Source: Candidatus Poribacteria bacterium (lineage in GTDB: Bacteria; Poribacteria; WGA-4E; UBA9662). From it: DNA of 64,000 nt. Numbering within the stretch: the first letter of the stretch is position 1; every line of letters begins with the position of its first letter. Location: contig JAYGDX010000336.1 of the NCBI GenBank assembly GCA_046582655.1, forward strand, positions 9,826 through 73,825. Direction: 5' to 3'. This document shows, piece after piece, positions 62,114 to 64,000 of the stretch. Made by a program: the position numbers and the translations under genes. Below the pieces are notes generated by a model that saw only the letters and a list, made by a program, of their open reading frames with translations, had not been told where the DNA came from and did not search any database.

Positions 62114-62893
62114 CTATTGGGTTTTCAACTGACTCCAAGTAGCAGCCAATTTGCCCGCTGGTTGAACTGCCAAGAACTTCTTTTCTCCCGTTTCCATACT
62201 GAACTTGATTTCATCGTCGGACAAGATTCGATTCCACATCCGGACTTCATCGACAATTCCTGGCCAAGCCTCGCCAGCCCAAGTCCCAATTTGAACCGCA
62301 CCGGTTTGACCAGCAGGAAGTACTGGGTTGTTAGATGCCTGCTCATGAGTCACCTGCCCATCGACGTAAATCTTCACCATACCTTTATTATCATCAGTAT
62401 GAGTATAGGCCAAATAGTACCATTGTTTCGTCTTCAAACGGGTTTTATTGTCGTTAATATCCAAGAATCCACCGCCCTTGCCATTGGTCCAAACTTTTAT
62501 ACCATTGCCAGGGTTCATACCATAACCGAAACCAATGTTACGTCCACCACCACCTTCCCTTGTGCCGAACACAATGGCGTGTGCACTCGGAAGGCGCTCG
62601 AGCCAAACCCAGGCAGCCTGGGTAATTTCGCCCTTAATATGGAAGGCTTTATTGTCAGGGACCAAAACATGCTCGGCAGAAGATTTGAACTGTAGTGCTT
62701 TGCCAAACTTGCCATCAACCCATTTCGCCCCCTTTACCTCTCCTTCCTCGTTAGTCTTTGACTTGTCCTCTGTTTTGTCTCCAGTTCCTTCATCAAGTGG
62801 CATATAGAGAACTAACCCATCAGTAATCTCAGCTGCCTGCGTCAAAAACGGCAGAATCAAAATTAAGATTAAAATAATCACTATATGTTTCAT
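62114..62893 (-). CDS. Secreted LamG-domain protein with the conserved C-terminal tail
   Basis: Signal peptide after GAGGTG; colinear with 61265-62041; ends AVQPAGKLAATWSQLKTQ. Confidence 0.9.
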   Translation of the reverse strand: MKHIVIILILILILPFLTQAAEITDGLVLYMPLDEGTGDKTEDKSKTNEEGEVKGAKWVDGKFGKALQFKSSAEHVLVPDNKAFHIKGEITQAAWVWLERLPSAHAIVFGTREGGGGRNIGFGYGMNPGNGIKVWTNGKGGGFLDINDNKTRLKTKQWYYLAYTHTDDNKGMVKIYVDGQVTHEQASNNPVLPAGQTGAVQIGTWAGEAWPGIVDEVRMWNRILSDDEIKFSMETGEKKFLAVQPAGKLAATWSQLKTQ

Positions 62894-63134
62894 TATTATA
62901 CACCTCATACTTTTGTAATCTAGTCTTTACTTTTTCCTACCAACAGAAAATAAATGGAGTATAATTTTACCACCCTTTGCCTTAATTCGTCTACAATTTC
63001 TTGAAGATGATGTGGTGTTTCAAGGTTTCAACATGTTCAGCTGGATAGATCATCTACTGAAATCTGCTTATCTGCCAACATAAGAGATTGGATATAAGTG
63101 AGACTGATGTACTGCACTTGTTGAAATATGTTAA

Positions 63135-63240
63135 CACGGTTGCGGTTTCGGGGTAAAGCGGCGGGGCATTGTCTATAATTGGCTCTGGCGAGTCGACTAG
63201 TGACTACCCTATTAGCCTCAGACTACACCCTTCTGCATGG
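63135..63240. repeat. Dispersed 106-bp repeat, copy B
   Basis: Direct repeat of 60845-60950 at an offset of 2290 bp. Confidence 0.7.
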
Positions 63241-63450
63241 TGGGACGTACTTCCACGTTTGGCTGCAGCTATATGATACCCCCACAAGGGGGGGCCGCCG
63301 TGGCGTTCACGTGACTCGCGGGGGTAAAGGAAAGCACCATTGGATTGTTCTGCCTATGAAGTATCAGGTGGGTACTGACCAATCCCAACAAGGTTATTAA
63401 ACACGCGCTTAATACTGCTTGATTTGAAAACATTTCTTTCCTGTTATAAT

Positions 63451-64000
63451 TTAATTTGCAGATGTTAATTGTCTCACCACCTTTTTAATAGCACCCACAG
63501 GAACTGTAATATTTAAGGCCGACTCAATGTAACCTAAGGTTGGGTGTCGATTGACCGTTGTTGTCACTTCCTGTCCGTCAACAAGCATTGTGTTGATATC
63601 TTCATTCTTGATACTGAACCTAACCTCTAATGGTACTGAACCCTGATGATGCCGAATTACAGTTTCAATCAGTTTTTCCCGCCGATGATGGGAAAAACTG
63701 AAAGTATGTTCCCCCATTTGTAGTCTTTCAAAGCTCAACTCACTTAATCCAGAAGGCAAAGAGGGTGAGATTATAACCTTGTTTTGATCAGCATTAGGCT
63801 CAATTCCACCTAACCCCTGAACTAGCATATCAATAAATGGCCCAACTGACCAAAGCTGGATAAAATTAGACTTACCAGGGGGAATAACTTCAACAAATCC
63901 ACCAGGCATTCGATCTTGCTTGGGAGCCAGACTTGCACTCTTAACCATCTGCCAACCAAATTCTGCCAGTCCATATTGAAAGCCGACTAAGCCAAATAAA
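63451..64000 (-). CDS. C-terminal part of an (alpha/alpha)6 glycoside hydrolase-like protein (GH65/MGH1-like), cut by the window edge
   Basis: PGGFVE...FIQLWS...LVQGLGGIEP...ISPSLPSG followed by a beta-sandwich tail. Confidence 0.55.
   Translation of the reverse strand, partial: LFGLVGFQYGLAEFGWQMVKSASLAPKQDRMPGGFVEVIPPGKSNFIQLWSVGPFIDMLVQGLGGIEPNADQNKVIISPSLPSGLSELSFERLQMGEHTFSFSHHRREKLIETVIRHHQGSVPLEVRFSIKNEDINTMLVDGQEVTTTVNRHPTLGYIESALNITVPVGAIKKVVRQLTSAN

Overview
Bacterial chromosomal window. It is most likely from Candidatus Poribacteria; this is inferred from the expansion of secreted LamG proteins carrying a shared C-terminal V-x-P-x-x-K-L-A-x-x-W-x-x-[LIV]-K tail, several PhyH-type dioxygenases, and sulfatase/FGE and CRTAC1 genes. 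The first ~9 kb is intact housekeeping DNA (tyrS, GT2, GHL10 hydrolase, gmk-coaBC-rsmA-amidase). The remainder is a compositionally patchy accessory region of catabolic enzymes and secreted proteins with many broken genes (vapBC, FGE-family, IS5, two LamG genes, M28 peptidase, esterase). The most interesting signals are: (1) a conserved C-terminal tail on six secreted proteins of two different domain types, a candidate sorting or anchoring signal; (2) three copies of a palindromic ~28-bp site that divide 44.9-48.1 kb into ~1.1-1.2 kb modules, a candidate recombinase-cassette array; (3) two PhyH-like enzymes with HxG/HxA in place of HxD, the Fe/2OG-halogenase signature; (4) a decayed FGE/C-type-lectin-fold gene whose 3' end resembles a DGR variable region. 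No rRNA, tRNA or CRISPR array was recognised. All family calls come from motif recognition by eye, not database searches.
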